Positions 47,217 through 57,409 of a stretch of 64,000 nt of DNA are shown here, one piece after another. A model generated the notes under the pieces. That model had not been told where the DNA came from. It was given only the letters and a program-made list of their open reading frames with translations, and made no database searches. Position numbers and translations under genes: made by a program. Where the stretch lies: positions 4,323 to 68,322 of the forward strand of contig JADHSC010000007.1 of the NCBI GenBank assembly GCA_016777125.1, in the 5' to 3' direction. This DNA comes from Candidatus Poseidoniaceae archaeon (GTDB lineage: Archaea > Thermoplasmatota > Poseidoniia > Poseidoniales > Poseidoniaceae). The stretch's first letter is position 1. Each line of letters begins with the position of its first letter.

Positions 47217-50200
47217 TGTTTGATTTACCCCACAGCGAACAAATAGATGAAGAATTAGACGTATCACCAGGTACGATTCAACCGTTTGAAAACGGCTACA
47301 TTACCACCTGGGTTGGTCGAAGAAAAACACCCTATGGCCACAGACTCATTCGAGCAGGACGAGTTATTGGATGGCTTTGCGAGGGAGATAGTGCAACAAA
47401 ACTCCTAGGAGGAGCCGATGCTCGTAAGGCCCTAGAAGCTGCAGAAGAAGGATCTCACAGACTTGTGGGCTATGCTTGTTCACTCAGAGGTCTTGGCTCA
47501 CTAGCCACCCTCATTCCAGAGGCTTTTGAATTCCAAGCAGATGTTCAAGGTCTTTCATCAGGTTCGTCACTAACCGATCGACTCTTCGCTCGAAACATTT
47601 CTGCCGTTCTTTCCACACTTGAAGGATACGACCATGTTCGAGGAGCCCTTGCAGCAGATCAAGGAATTCTCATCGATAGTGCAGGCGATCTTCCAGGCAA
47701 GGCGGAAGAACTTGCTACAAGCATCTCCTCTCTTTCTGATTCGATGGCATCCCATCAATCCACATTAGGTGGAACTGAACAAGGGTATGCTACTCTGAAG
47801 ATGGGAGATGCATCAGTTTTGCTTGCATCGAGTAGCACGATTGTCATTGCAATTTGGACTGAACTCGATACCAATCATGCACGCCTTTTGACAGACCTAA
47901 CCGCTCAACTTGATGGCGAGATTGGAACCTATGCAGAAGGAGCAGCCACACTTCCTGATGGATTCATCCTCAGAGAAGGAAAGGGGGGCTCTGATGCAGT
48001 AATGTCAATGCTAGCTGCCTCGCTTGAAGAACAAGTTACAGGTCATCTCAAAGCAGGTGCAAGCGACAAGGCTGTATCACTTGCAGTCGTCAAAGGAATT
48101 CCTGTGGCAATGGCTGCAAATGGACAATCCTTTGATGATGCTATGATGGGTTTGACCGAAAGTAAGCGTATTTTGAAACTTCACCGCCTTGCTTCAGGAA
48201 CGACTGTTTCTTCTTCGACAGGTGATGTTGAAGCCTTTTCGCTGCAAGGTTTTGTTGAAGCCCTATCCTCTGTACGAACTCGTTCTGAAAAGCGAAAGGA
48301 ATCGATGATGCATCGGCTCATGACCATGTATGGGTTTGAAATTGGGCTTGATCTTGTTCGACAACAACGAAGTAAGGTCTCCATACAAATCGATGGGGCT
48401 GAAGCGAGCAAGGGCTTACCAGCCGCCTCTCCGGTTGCTGGAGTTGATGCTGGATTGAGACGCCGTCTTGAAGAGGCTGAACTTCGCTCAGACTCACTTC
48501 TGCGAACAAATGCGGGCTTAACTACTCAATTACAAGATGCTGAAAAGCAGAGAACTGAGGCGCTTATTCGTCTTGATGAAATAAAGGAATCTTCTGGAGA
48601 TCAATCAGTAACAATTCAATCAAAGAACGATGAACTCAATCGTGTTCAAGTGACCGTTTCAGAATCAAGAACACGAATGGAACAAGCCGAAGAACGAGCA
48701 GATCGTTTAATGCGACGTGTAAGTGAACTTGAGCATCAACTGAGCGAACGTGCTGGTGAACTCGCTAAGGCTCTTGGAAATGCTACAAGCAGTGAAGAAC
48801 TTCGAAATGAATTGGAAGAACTTGCCTCGAATGAAGCTTCTACTCGAGCTGAACTTGAATCAAATGCACAGAAGTTGTCATCAGTCCGTGATCAAATCGA
48901 TACAGAGGAACGACGACTACGTGCCCTTGAGGAGCAAATCACTTCAATGCGAGAACGTCAAGCAACTATGCAAAGTAAATCCAATGTTTCTGAAGAGAAA
49001 GTTCGGGCAGCAGAAGCGAAACTTGACCAAATTGATGCGGAAACCATTGCAAGTCGGAGAAGAGCAGAAGAAGAGCGGAATCGACTTGCTGAAGATGAAG
49101 CTCGAAGAATGCAACTTCATTCTGAAATGCGTGAACTCATGACCGAGAGAAGAGACATCTTGACCGAATTGGGCAACCTAGGTGCTCGTCGAGGGAATGC
49201 AGAAACCGAATTATCTGGTCTTATCAGTCGAGCAGAAGCCCTTACTGAAGCACATGAAGAAGCTGTTTCTGATATTGCTGAAGCAGAACGATTGAGAGCA
49301 CGTCTTTCAGAAGAACCGCTCGCTCAAGCATTGCTCAACGACGATTCAACATTCAGAGGATTAGGCCCAGTCATTGAGCGTCTTGAACAAGCACGAACTC
49401 TTGGATACTCTGTTATCCTTCTCGACCGTGCAGTAGAACGCGCATTACAAGTGGTTCAATCTACAGTCGACCATATTGCTGCAACTCCACGAAATCTCCT
49501 GAGCAGTGAAGTAATGACACTTCTCGAACGACAAGTTCCTCAAACGGCAGGTGCAGTGCGTGGACTTGCTCGATGGTCCGTTCAGCAGCGATTGGAAAAC
49601 CAACTCGGTGAAACTGTAGGCCACCTCATCTTGGATTTGGAAGGTATTCTCGAAGATTATGATCGTTCGATTACAATGCTGAGACGTATGCGAAATGTTC
49701 TCGACCAATTGGGTCAACTCGGAGCGCCTCCAGAAGAAATCGATGCTCTGCGTATGAACTGTATGCGTCCTGAAGCATTACCAAGTGTCGCTGTAGAGAC
49801 GCGACGATTGATTCGTATTGCACTTGATGACATTTATCTTGAAGCCGATCAAAGAGATGCTGGTGAAGCAATTGCTCTTGAACAGACTGCAGGAGTGCTT
49901 GAAGAACTTCTCACGCAAATCGATGCATCTGGGTTGACAAAAGGTGTTCCAAGAGGTTCTATGTGGGATTTCCAACGAGACGGATACCTTCCGTTTGAAA
50001 GAACTGCGATTCCAGTTGGTCAAAGAACACCTGTCATGGACGATATGATTCAACATATTCAGCCTACTTTAGTCCTCGATGAAAGCGTATCACTTGATGC
50101 CGAGCCTGCTCCAGAAGTGATCACTGAAGGTGGATGGGAAGAGATGCCTGCTCCTGTTGATGAAGAAGTGGCAGCGGTTGAGGAAGAACACGTTTCTGAA

Positions 50201-50356
50201 GTACGCCGTCCGGTGGAAGAAGATCGAGTCGATCTTGAAGCAGAATTAGCACGTCTTGATGCTGAGCGGAATGTGCGTGGAGCAAAATCCCCTGAGGTAA
50301 AGGTAGATCCACACCTTGCTGCGCTTGAAAACCAACTTTCAGAGTTGGATTTTTGA
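47213..50356 (+). CDS. Multidomain protein: PATAN/DUF2226-like, Roadblock, PATAN-like, about 290-aa coiled coil, helical domain, acidic tail
   Basis: Heptad-rich E/R/A/L stretch at about 48450-49310; Roadblock-like segment about 47597-47913; no Walker motifs, so not an SMC ATPase. Confidence 0.75.
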   Translation: MMFDLPHSEQIDEELDVSPGTIQPFENGYITTWVGRRKTPYGHRLIRAGRVIGWLCEGDSATKLLGGADARKALEAAEEGSHRLVGYACSLRGLGSLATLIPEAFEFQADVQGLSSGSSLTDRLFARNISAVLSTLEGYDHVRGALAADQGILIDSAGDLPGKAEELATSISSLSDSMASHQSTLGGTEQGYATLKMGDASVLLASSSTIVIAIWTELDTNHARLLTDLTAQLDGEIGTYAEGAATLPDGFILREGKGGSDAVMSMLAASLEEQVTGHLKAGASDKAVSLAVVKGIPVAMAANGQSFDDAMMGLTESKRILKLHRLASGTTVSSSTGDVEAFSLQGFVEALSSVRTRSEKRKESMMHRLMTMYGFEIGLDLVRQQRSKVSIQIDGAEASKGLPAASPVAGVDAGLRRRLEEAELRSDSLLRTNAGLTTQLQDAEKQRTEALIRLDEIKESSGDQSVTIQSKNDELNRVQVTVSESRTRMEQAEERADRLMRRVSELEHQLSERAGELAKALGNATSSEELRNELEELASNEASTRAELESNAQKLSSVRDQIDTEERRLRALEEQITSMRERQATMQSKSNVSEEKVRAAEAKLDQIDAETIASRRRAEEERNRLAEDEARRMQLHSEMRELMTERRDILTELGNLGARRGNAETELSGLISRAEALTEAHEEAVSDIAEAERLRARLSEEPLAQALLNDDSTFRGLGPVIERLEQARTLGYSVILLDRAVERALQVVQSTVDHIAATPRNLLSSEVMTLLERQVPQTAGAVRGLARWSVQQRLENQLGETVGHLILDLEGILEDYDRSITMLRRMRNVLDQLGQLGAPPEEIDALRMNCMRPEALPSVAVETRRLIRIALDDIYLEADQRDAGEAIALEQTAGVLEELLTQIDASGLTKGVPRGSMWDFQRDGYLPFERTAIPVGQRTPVMDDMIQHIQPTLVLDESVSLDAEPAPEVITEGGWEEMPAPVDEEVAAVEEEHVSEVRRPVEEDRVDLEAELARLDAERNVRGAKSPEVKVDPHLAALENQLSELDF

Positions 50357-50365
50357 GGTGATGAA

Positions 50366-50602
50366 ATGACCGATACTCTTCTTGGTAGAAACGAAACAGT
50401 AGGTTCAACATATCCAATGTGGCTTGACCGAGTCATCTTCATTCTTGCAATCGTTGGATTTGTATTTCTCAACCAATACATGTGGGAGGCCATTGGTTCA
50501 ACCTGGCTTCAATGGGTTGCATCGGTTGGATTAGCCATTCTCTTACTCATTATGACGGAAGTAAGTGGAAGAATCATCCAAATGCTTCGAGCAAATGGTT
50601 GA
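50366..50602 (+). CDS. Small two-TM membrane protein
   Basis: 78 aa, SD GAGGTGA, 9 nt after the coiled-coil gene. Confidence 0.75.
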   Translation: MTDTLLGRNETVGSTYPMWLDRVIFILAIVGFVFLNQYMWEAIGSTWLQWVASVGLAILLLIMTEVSGRIIQMLRANG

Positions 50603-51805
50603 TTAGAATTTCTTTTCTTCGACTGGAGCCTCTGTCTTATTTCCAAGAGACTCGATCAAGCCCCAGACTCTCTCCCAAGGGATGAAGAAACGCATCACTG
50701 CAATTAGGCTAAGGAAGAGAAGCGCAGAGATGACCAATCCATAGGTCAGCGACAATTCGATAGATTCTGAAACTTGAGCAGCCCATTGGCTACCCGTGGA
50801 TGAACTTACTACCTCCAAGAGAACACTATGGAACCCAAGAGCGATCATCGTCATTAGTCCAGTTATCGTCAGGAATCCTGCTGTGTGACGTAAATGACCG
50901 TTGAGAACATTGTCCATTTGTTTGACATATTCTGGGTCTCTCTTGCAAGATTCAGGCAATCTGTAAGCGTATTCGAGATAACGGATGACACCGAAACCTG
51001 ATTCTTGGAATACCATGATTAAAACAGCAATGAGAATCAATGAGAGTTGCTCGGGTGTTACCAAATCAAATCCAAATATGCCTATCGTCGGATCGCTGAC
51101 TTGTGTTTCAAGCGTTTTCAGATTCGCTCCCCAATCACCTAACTGACTCTTAATCAGTGGGAACGTAAGGATTGCGTGTATACCAAGGAAGAGGAGAGTA
51201 AACCCGATTGCCCAACCAATTGAACGTCTTGATAGCCCCCAAATACCACGTGTACCCATAATCACAGGCAAGAGATAGACAAAGAGAATGACAAGAGAGA
51301 GAATCATCAAGAGAGGCCATTCAAGTGTCTTGAGTTCACCCTCGGAAGGAGCTCTGAAATCAAGTGAGAAAATCATTGAAGGGACCCAAGTCAAGAGGAG
51401 ACGACCGACAAGAGAGACCATGAGCAAAATGATGAAACCAAGTTTGATTCTTTGCTGTAGTTTTGGTGATTGGAATGCCATTAATGCCATTGAACCACCG
51501 AGAAGGAGTCCCAGAATAATTGGGACATAGAATCGAGCAAGTCCTTGTCTGCCTTCTCCAGTAATCCAGTCCCCAATCGGAACTTCTCCGACAAGAGATT
51601 CCAGCGTTTCAAAAACCATTGTGTGGTCAATACTGTTGACAACATAGGTTGAAACGACCTCAAGATACATCCAAACAAGAGCAATTGTTGCTACAACTTG
51701 TAGCGTGATAATTTGCCACTGCTTCCTCAGCATCTTCAGATGAAGGGTACGTGGCCGTCCGCCAAGAAGGGAAACATCACTCTGAGGATCAACTTCACCT
51801 GCCAT
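50603..51805 (-). CDS. Polytopic membrane protein, function unknown
   Basis: 400 aa, about 9-10 TMs, abuts the DUF58 gene. Confidence 0.75.
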   Translation of the reverse strand: MAGEVDPQSDVSLLGGRPRTLHLKMLRKQWQIITLQVVATIALVWMYLEVVSTYVVNSIDHTMVFETLESLVGEVPIGDWITGEGRQGLARFYVPIILGLLLGGSMALMAFQSPKLQQRIKLGFIILLMVSLVGRLLLTWVPSMIFSLDFRAPSEGELKTLEWPLLMILSLVILFVYLLPVIMGTRGIWGLSRRSIGWAIGFTLLFLGIHAILTFPLIKSQLGDWGANLKTLETQVSDPTIGIFGFDLVTPEQLSLILIAVLIMVFQESGFGVIRYLEYAYRLPESCKRDPEYVKQMDNVLNGHLRHTAGFLTITGLMTMIALGFHSVLLEVVSSSTGSQWAAQVSESIELSLTYGLVISALLFLSLIAVMRFFIPWERVWGLIESLGNKTEAPVEEKKF

Positions 51806-53059
51806 CTAGAATCCCCTCACTTGCAGAATAGCCTGAGACAAATCCATGTCCGGCATCCAATCAATAACTTGTGCCCCTGAACCCGCAAGAGTTGTCAAAC
51901 GGTTTTGGCGTTCAAGTTTGAGGACTTCATAGGACATACGAGGAATACGAGAAACAAGACGCTCGAAATCAATACTCGAAGGCGATAATACAGTGACTTC
52001 GTGACCTCGTCCAACAAGGTCTCGAACTGCGGCAGGGACTGTACCGTCACCTTCACATGATGAGATGATGAAGACTGGGCTGCCTCGACTGAATCTACCG
52101 CTCAATGAATTGGTGACTGCTTGCAAGGGCATACTTCCTTCTGGTTTTACTCCAGCAAGTGAACTGAGGATTTTGAAATACTGCTTATCGCCAGTATCTG
52201 GAGGAAGATAGGACAAACCATCTCCATAGATGCTTAGAGCAACGCTATCACGTCGCTTTAGGAAGAATGCTGCAAGGCTAGCTGCACTTACTGTACCCAT
52301 TTCGAGTGGATTCTTCAGAACAGTTCCAATTCGTGAAACATCTCTCGAGTCGAGAAGAATATAGAGATCAGTAACTGCATCTCGACACTTTTCGTTAACC
52401 ATCAGATCACCTGTTCGAGCAAATGCTTTCCAATTGATGTTCTTGAACGGGTCTCCGGGGACGTATTCTCTTAAGGAATAGAATTCAGACCCTTGCCCTG
52501 GTGTTCTCAGAGTGGTTGCTCCAGTGTACATCTTTGGCGTACGTGAACGAAGGAATGCTTCCTCTACTTCCTTGATTTGAGGGAAGATGACGATATCAGA
52601 ATGGTGATCAACATACATATCTTCTACGCCCAGATTGAACGTGTTGCGAACACGGAGAGATACTGGTCCCAGAGAGTAGTGTCCGCGAAGCGGGCATCGA
52701 AGGACGTAACGGATTCGTGCACTTTCACCTGGTTTGAGGTTGAGGCGCATCTGATTGAGTCCGCTTCGAAGTTTCATCTCGTGAGGGATGTTATCGTACA
52801 CATCGAGAAGTTGAGTACGTCGATTGCTACGATTAGTGACGAGTAGTTCGACATACAGATCATCTCCTTTGTACAAGTTATCTGCTGAAAGAGTACGCTG
52901 TACCTCGATATCACCATGACCGGATACCCATGAATTCACGACGATGAAAGTGATGAGAGCAAGACCAAGAATCATCATTTGATTATTGGTAATCATCATC
53001 CCAATGAGGATGAGTGCAATACCTCCAGTGAAGGTGAATGCTGCTTTACGTGTCCACAT
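51806..53059 (-). CDS. DUF58 (vWA-like) family protein
   Basis: N-terminal TMs, Ig-like part (RGHYSLGP), G.GSEFYSLREYVPGD..KNINWKA.AR, ILLD; SD AGGTGAG before the ATG at 53059. Confidence 0.88.
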   Translation of the reverse strand: MWTRKAAFTFTGGIALILIGMMITNNQMMILGLALITFIVVNSWVSGHGDIEVQRTLSADNLYKGDDLYVELLVTNRSNRRTQLLDVYDNIPHEMKLRSGLNQMRLNLKPGESARIRYVLRCPLRGHYSLGPVSLRVRNTFNLGVEDMYVDHHSDIVIFPQIKEVEEAFLRSRTPKMYTGATTLRTPGQGSEFYSLREYVPGDPFKNINWKAFARTGDLMVNEKCRDAVTDLYILLDSRDVSRIGTVLKNPLEMGTVSAASLAAFFLKRRDSVALSIYGDGLSYLPPDTGDKQYFKILSSLAGVKPEGSMPLQAVTNSLSGRFSRGSPVFIISSCEGDGTVPAAVRDLVGRGHEVTVLSPSSIDFERLVSRIPRMSYEVLKLERQNRLTTLAGSGAQVIDWMPDMDLSQAILQVRGF

Positions 53060-53064
53060 TGTGC

Positions 53065-54681
53065 TCACCTACGCCCCCAAGCTTTGATTCGCTTCACGAG
53101 TGCAACAGATTGCTCAAGAGAGTATTTTCCTGGTTCTATGGCAAATTTAGCGAGAACTGGATCTTCGATTAAACCCACCAATTCTTTGGCAGACATAGCG
53201 TGGAATTCGTCTCTTGTTAGCCCATTTTGATTACGAACCTTAGAGAGGAATACCTGCCGTATTTTCTCAGTTTTCGCATAATAGGTGTATCTGTTTGCAT
53301 CTCCAAATCCGTAGTAAATGATACTGAAAATATGGCGCCATGGTTCTGGGTCTCGCTTCTTGAGAAGTACACCTTCGAAGGTGATGAAGAGAACAACAAA
53401 CAGAGCGAGCATTGCAAGCCCTTCTCCAGTAAAGTAGACCAAAAGGAAGTACACTGTGTTGTAGGAATCCGCTAAGAGGGCGTTTTGAGGGTGACGACTT
53501 TCATCAAAGATAACCATTGCATTCTCAGCAGGTTGTCCTGTCTCTCCATCTTTTGTACTCATCAACGATTCAGAAATGACATCAAGCGCCCACTTTCTGT
53601 TATCGTTAGCAGGCATATCTTTGCTTTGTTCCCCGTATTTCCCCTCATTGAATCCTTCGTAGTCGTAAATAGCATTGATTAGTGAACTACCATCTGCGAT
53701 GAAGAAGACTCTGCCTCCTTCATCTGGATCACAACTCGATGAAGCACAGGCTTCGATTGAGAGATTGAATTGACCCGACAGGTCGGGTGTTTCGCTTGTT
53801 TGTTCGTTACCAATCCAAAGATATCCATCACCATTGACGTCAACAGTTGCTTGATTACTGGTAACTGCTCGAACGTTTACATCATTGAGAGCGCCCTTTA
53901 CACCAGGTACAATTTCAAGTCCTGTCACGTTGTTGAGGAGCATTGTATAGGTAGCGTTGTATTCGATTCGGCCAAGTTCTCCTGAACTCTTAACCCAATG
54001 GTGGGAGCAGAGACCTGCTTCTTTGAGAGTCATCGATTCACCATCAAGTTCACTGCATGGATGTGGGCCAGTGACATCAGACCAACGCTCGTGTTGATCG
54101 ATTGTTGTTGGATCAAGTGTTGTCCCATTCATCCCACAAGGACTTGCTTGCATGCACATCCAGATGTAATTATAATCCAACTCTGCCACATAATTTGTGT
54201 CTTGCAGTTGGTATCCAGAGTAACGTACCCCGTATGCCTCTCCGATACTTCCTGCATAACCAAAGTCTTCCAAGACGATAACAGTCCCACCATTGTCGAC
54301 GAATTCGACGATTGCATCAACTTCTGAAGGTGAGTAACCATCTTCTGTAGCTATCGTAATGAAACCATCTTCATCGAACTGCGGAAAAGAAAGCGTATCC
54401 CTTTCTACTCCTGCAACAACAAATGTTGTATTTCGAGGATCTTCAATGTCAGCCAACAACAGAGGGCTGCTTACAAGTGATCGTGTTTCGACGCCCATAT
54501 CGTTGATGTCTTCACGGAAGGCAGACATGTCATTCCAGTCGTCATCGTATGCAGACAGTTGTTCTGACTGACTGATATTGATAAAATTCTGAAGAACGGT
54601 GAGAAGAAGGATGCCGAGAACAGCCCAGAATGCAACCTGAAGCCCGATTCGGTTCAGATTCCTTGCTCGTTCCGCCGCCAT
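53065..54681 (-). CDS. DUF4350/GldG-like extracellular domain membrane protein
   Basis: N-terminal TM, S.Y...WND.S.FR, EVDAIVEFVDNGGTVIVLEDFG, GRVFFIADGS..IN, N..W, VIFDESRH, second TM. Confidence 0.7.
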   Translation of the reverse strand: MAAERARNLNRIGLQVAFWAVLGILLLTVLQNFINISQSEQLSAYDDDWNDMSAFREDINDMGVETRSLVSSPLLLADIEDPRNTTFVVAGVERDTLSFPQFDEDGFITIATEDGYSPSEVDAIVEFVDNGGTVIVLEDFGYAGSIGEAYGVRYSGYQLQDTNYVAELDYNYIWMCMQASPCGMNGTTLDPTTIDQHERWSDVTGPHPCSELDGESMTLKEAGLCSHHWVKSSGELGRIEYNATYTMLLNNVTGLEIVPGVKGALNDVNVRAVTSNQATVDVNGDGYLWIGNEQTSETPDLSGQFNLSIEACASSSCDPDEGGRVFFIADGSSLINAIYDYEGFNEGKYGEQSKDMPANDNRKWALDVISESLMSTKDGETGQPAENAMVIFDESRHPQNALLADSYNTVYFLLVYFTGEGLAMLALFVVLFITFEGVLLKKRDPEPWRHIFSIIYYGFGDANRYTYYAKTEKIRQVFLSKVRNQNGLTRDEFHAMSAKELVGLIEDPVLAKFAIEPGKYSLEQSVALVKRIKAWGRR

Positions 54682-54778
54682 TTCACTCACCTGCTAGAAC
54701 ACCGTTCAGACAAAGACGGGCTCACATCGGTTTAGAAGGTTGTCCAATCGTGTTGGCAAAATGCTCATCCATGCATCA

Positions 54779-55021
54779 TCAAATTTTCAGCAAAATAACT
54801 TGCCCAAATGAAGATACATCAGTTGAAGGAATGTACACATTTCCATCCTTTGAGGGATAAGAAACACGGCTTACATCCAAGTTGTTTCCAAAAGCAATAA
54901 CGAGGTCTGAAATCTCTCCGTTTGAAATGTCTATGACAAAATCAACAAGGGTTCCAACTTCCTTTCCTTTTCGATCTTGGACGATACGCCCAATCATTTC
55001 TTTACCGAAACTGGATTCCAT
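54779..55021 (-). CDS. Single PRC-barrel protein (CdpB-like family)
   Basis: GR.V.D..G.EVG.L.D..ID...G.I..L.I ... IP...V...G..I.L pattern, 80 aa. Confidence 0.85.
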   Translation of the reverse strand: MESSFGKEMIGRIVQDRKGKEVGTLVDFVIDISNGEISDLVIAFGNNLDVSRVSYPSKDGNVYIPSTDVSSFGQVILLKI

Positions 55022-55074
55022 ATGCTTCGCCTTGTATCATCGACAGAGCAGGAAGGACTTGACCGTTTCCTTGC

Positions 55075-57300
55075 TCACATTGTTTCCATACCGAAACCGT
55101 AATCACGAGTTCGCTTGATGTTGGAAAGTCCTGATGTCAATCGAGTTTCCATCTTTTGATAGTACTCAAGCATCTCAGGAGTAACTGTAGGACGGACTCG
55201 TGTGACTGCATCGTCGAAATGCTTCTTAGAGACTTTCTTCTTTCCAGCACGCATTGCAATGAGGGCTGCTTCACGGCACACTGCTTCAATGTCTGCTCCA
55301 GTAAATCCTTCCATGCTCGAGAGAATATCCTTGAAAGAGAATTTGGATAATGGCATTCCCTCCGAGTGAATCAGGAAAATGGCTTCTCTGGCTGGAGCAT
55401 CTGGAGGAGGGACGTGGAGAACACGTTCAAATCGACCGCTTCGCAAGAGTGCGGGATCAATCATCTCAGGTCTGTTTGTTGCAGCTACGACGATAACGCC
55501 GTCAAGTGATTCGACACCATCCATGCTGGCAAGCAATTGGTTGACAACTCTGTTTCCAACATCACTGCCTTCACCATTGGATGAACTTCTCATGCTTGCT
55601 ATCGATTCAAATTCATCAAGGAAGATAATCGAAGGCGATGATTGCTTTGCCTTCTTGAAGATTTCACGAATTCCTCGTTCTGATTCCCCAACCCACTTCG
55701 AAATCATCTCCGGACCTTTTATCGAGATGAAATTCGCTTGAGCTTCGTTGGCGATTGCCTTGGCAAGGAGCGTTTTTCCAGTACCTGGAGCACCGAACAA
55801 AACAATTCCTCGAGGTGGCTTAATGTTGAAATGTTCAAAGATTTCGGGCTTCGTTAGTGGCCATTCGACAGATTCCTTCAGTCGATCTTTGACTTCTTCA
55901 AGGCCACCTACTTCATCCCATTCAATTGCGGGAATCTCGACGTAAATTTCTCGGAGTGCAGATGGTTCAACTTCTTTGATTGCATATCGGAAGTCATCCA
56001 TTCGCACTTCCATCTTTTCAAGAACTTCTGGAGGTATTGTTTCTTCTTCCAAGTCAATCTCTGGAAGGTATCTGCGGAGAGATTTCATTGCTGCCTCTCG
56101 AACGAGTGCTGCAAGATCTGCACCAACGAAACCGTAGGTGTTGTCGAGAACCCAATTGATTTCAAAATCATCTGCTATCGGCATTTGACGTGTGTGCACG
56201 TCCATGATTTCTTGACGTCCTTCACGGTCTGGAACACCAATTTCGATTTCTCGGTCGAATCTGCCAGGTCGGCGGAGAGCAGGGTCGAGCGCATCTCTTC
56301 GGTTGGTTGCTCCGATGACAACAACATTGTCACGGCCTTGCATTCCATCCATCAATGTGAGCATTTGAGCGACAACACGTCGTTCAACTTCACCACTGAC
56401 ATCTTCACGCTTAGGACAAATCGAATCAATTTCATCAATGAAGATGATTGCAGGCGAGTTTTCGCTTGCTTCGTCAAAGATTTCTCGAAGTTGTTTTTCT
56501 GATTCTCCGTAATACTTGGAGATGATTTCTGGGCCGTTGATGGATTTGAAGTGAGCGTTCACTTCTGTAGCAACAGCCTTTGCAATCATCGTTTTTCCAG
56601 TTCCTGGAGGACCGTGAAGTAAAACGCCCTTAGGAGCATCAATTCCGAGTCTTCGGAACAACTCAGGATGTTTAAGAGGAAGTTCAATCATTTCACGAAC
56701 CTTTTGCAATTGTTGACCAATTCCACCAACATCCTCGTACGTGATACCTTCCGATTGACCAACGTCTTCGTCGTCGATGGCTTCATCTTTGATGATGATA
56801 TCAGTATCACTGGTTACTTTCACAATTCCTTTTGGAGTGGTTTGAACGACTGCGAAAGGCAAGGCTTCTGCGAACAACGTCATACCCGGAATGAAAATTC
56901 TGTCTCCTGCCATTACTGGGCGCTTTGAGAGACCTCTGCGAGCGAATCCTTCAATCCCGGGCCCGAATTTTACTTTCTGCTTGTTCGCCATGACAGGAGA
57001 AAGTGTGAGTTTTGTGCATTCTTTCGCTTCTGCTTTGATGACGTCGACTCGGTCCCCTAGGCTTACACCTGCGTTCTTTCTGATAATTCCATCAATCCGA
57101 ACAATGTCCATTTTAGCATCTTCAGGGCGGCTTCGCCAGTAGATTGCAGCAGTCGAACGCTTTTCACCACGAATTTCGACAATGTCACCTGGTTTGAGGT
57201 CGAGACCATGGTCTCCTGAAATTCGTGCTCTTCCGTGTCCTACATCGGATGGAATTGCCTTTGCTACTCTCAATGAAACTCCGTCATCATCGCCGCTCAT
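55075..57300 (-). CDS. cdc48: Cdc48/VAT AAA+ ATPase
   Basis: N-domain plus two AAA modules: GPPGTGKT / FIDEIDSI / [11 protein letters not shown] and GAPGTGKT / FLDEFES / LLRSGRFE. Confidence 0.97.
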   Translation of the reverse strand: MSGDDDGVSLRVAKAIPSDVGHGRARISGDHGLDLKPGDIVEIRGEKRSTAAIYWRSRPEDAKMDIVRIDGIIRKNAGVSLGDRVDVIKAEAKECTKLTLSPVMANKQKVKFGPGIEGFARRGLSKRPVMAGDRIFIPGMTLFAEALPFAVVQTTPKGIVKVTSDTDIIIKDEAIDDEDVGQSEGITYEDVGGIGQQLQKVREMIELPLKHPELFRRLGIDAPKGVLLHGPPGTGKTMIAKAVATEVNAHFKSINGPEIISKYYGESEKQLREIFDEASENSPAIIFIDEIDSICPKREDVSGEVERRVVAQMLTLMDGMQGRDNVVVIGATNRRDALDPALRRPGRFDREIEIGVPDREGRQEIMDVHTRQMPIADDFEINWVLDNTYGFVGADLAALVREAAMKSLRRYLPEIDLEEETIPPEVLEKMEVRMDDFRYAIKEVEPSALREIYVEIPAIEWDEVGGLEEVKDRLKESVEWPLTKPEIFEHFNIKPPRGIVLFGAPGTGKTLLAKAIANEAQANFISIKGPEMISKWVGESERGIREIFKKAKQSSPSIIFLDEFESIASMRSSSNGEGSDVGNRVVNQLLASMDGVESLDGVIVVAATNRPEMIDPALLRSGRFERVLHVPPPDAPAREAIFLIHSEGMPLSKFSFKDILSSMEGFTGADIEAVCREAALIAMRAGKKKVSKKHFDDAVTRVRPTVTPEMLEYYQKMETRLTSGLSNIKRTRDYGFGMETM

Positions 57301-57409
57301 GGGTAGTCTAAATCCTCAGGGTACTAAAACAGTTAGATGAAGAAATCCGCTTTTTATCTGCATGAAAATCCATCGTAGACTTCATGGAGGGAGTTGGACT
57401 CGGACGTTC

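Noticed and set aside
47213-50356. SMC/Rad50 ATPase
   Set aside because: No Walker A/B, signature motif or hinge
57324-57336. CTAA-N5-TTAG upstream of cdc48 as a second HSR1-like site
   Set aside because: Half-sites and spacing differ from TAAC-N5-GTTA; could be chance
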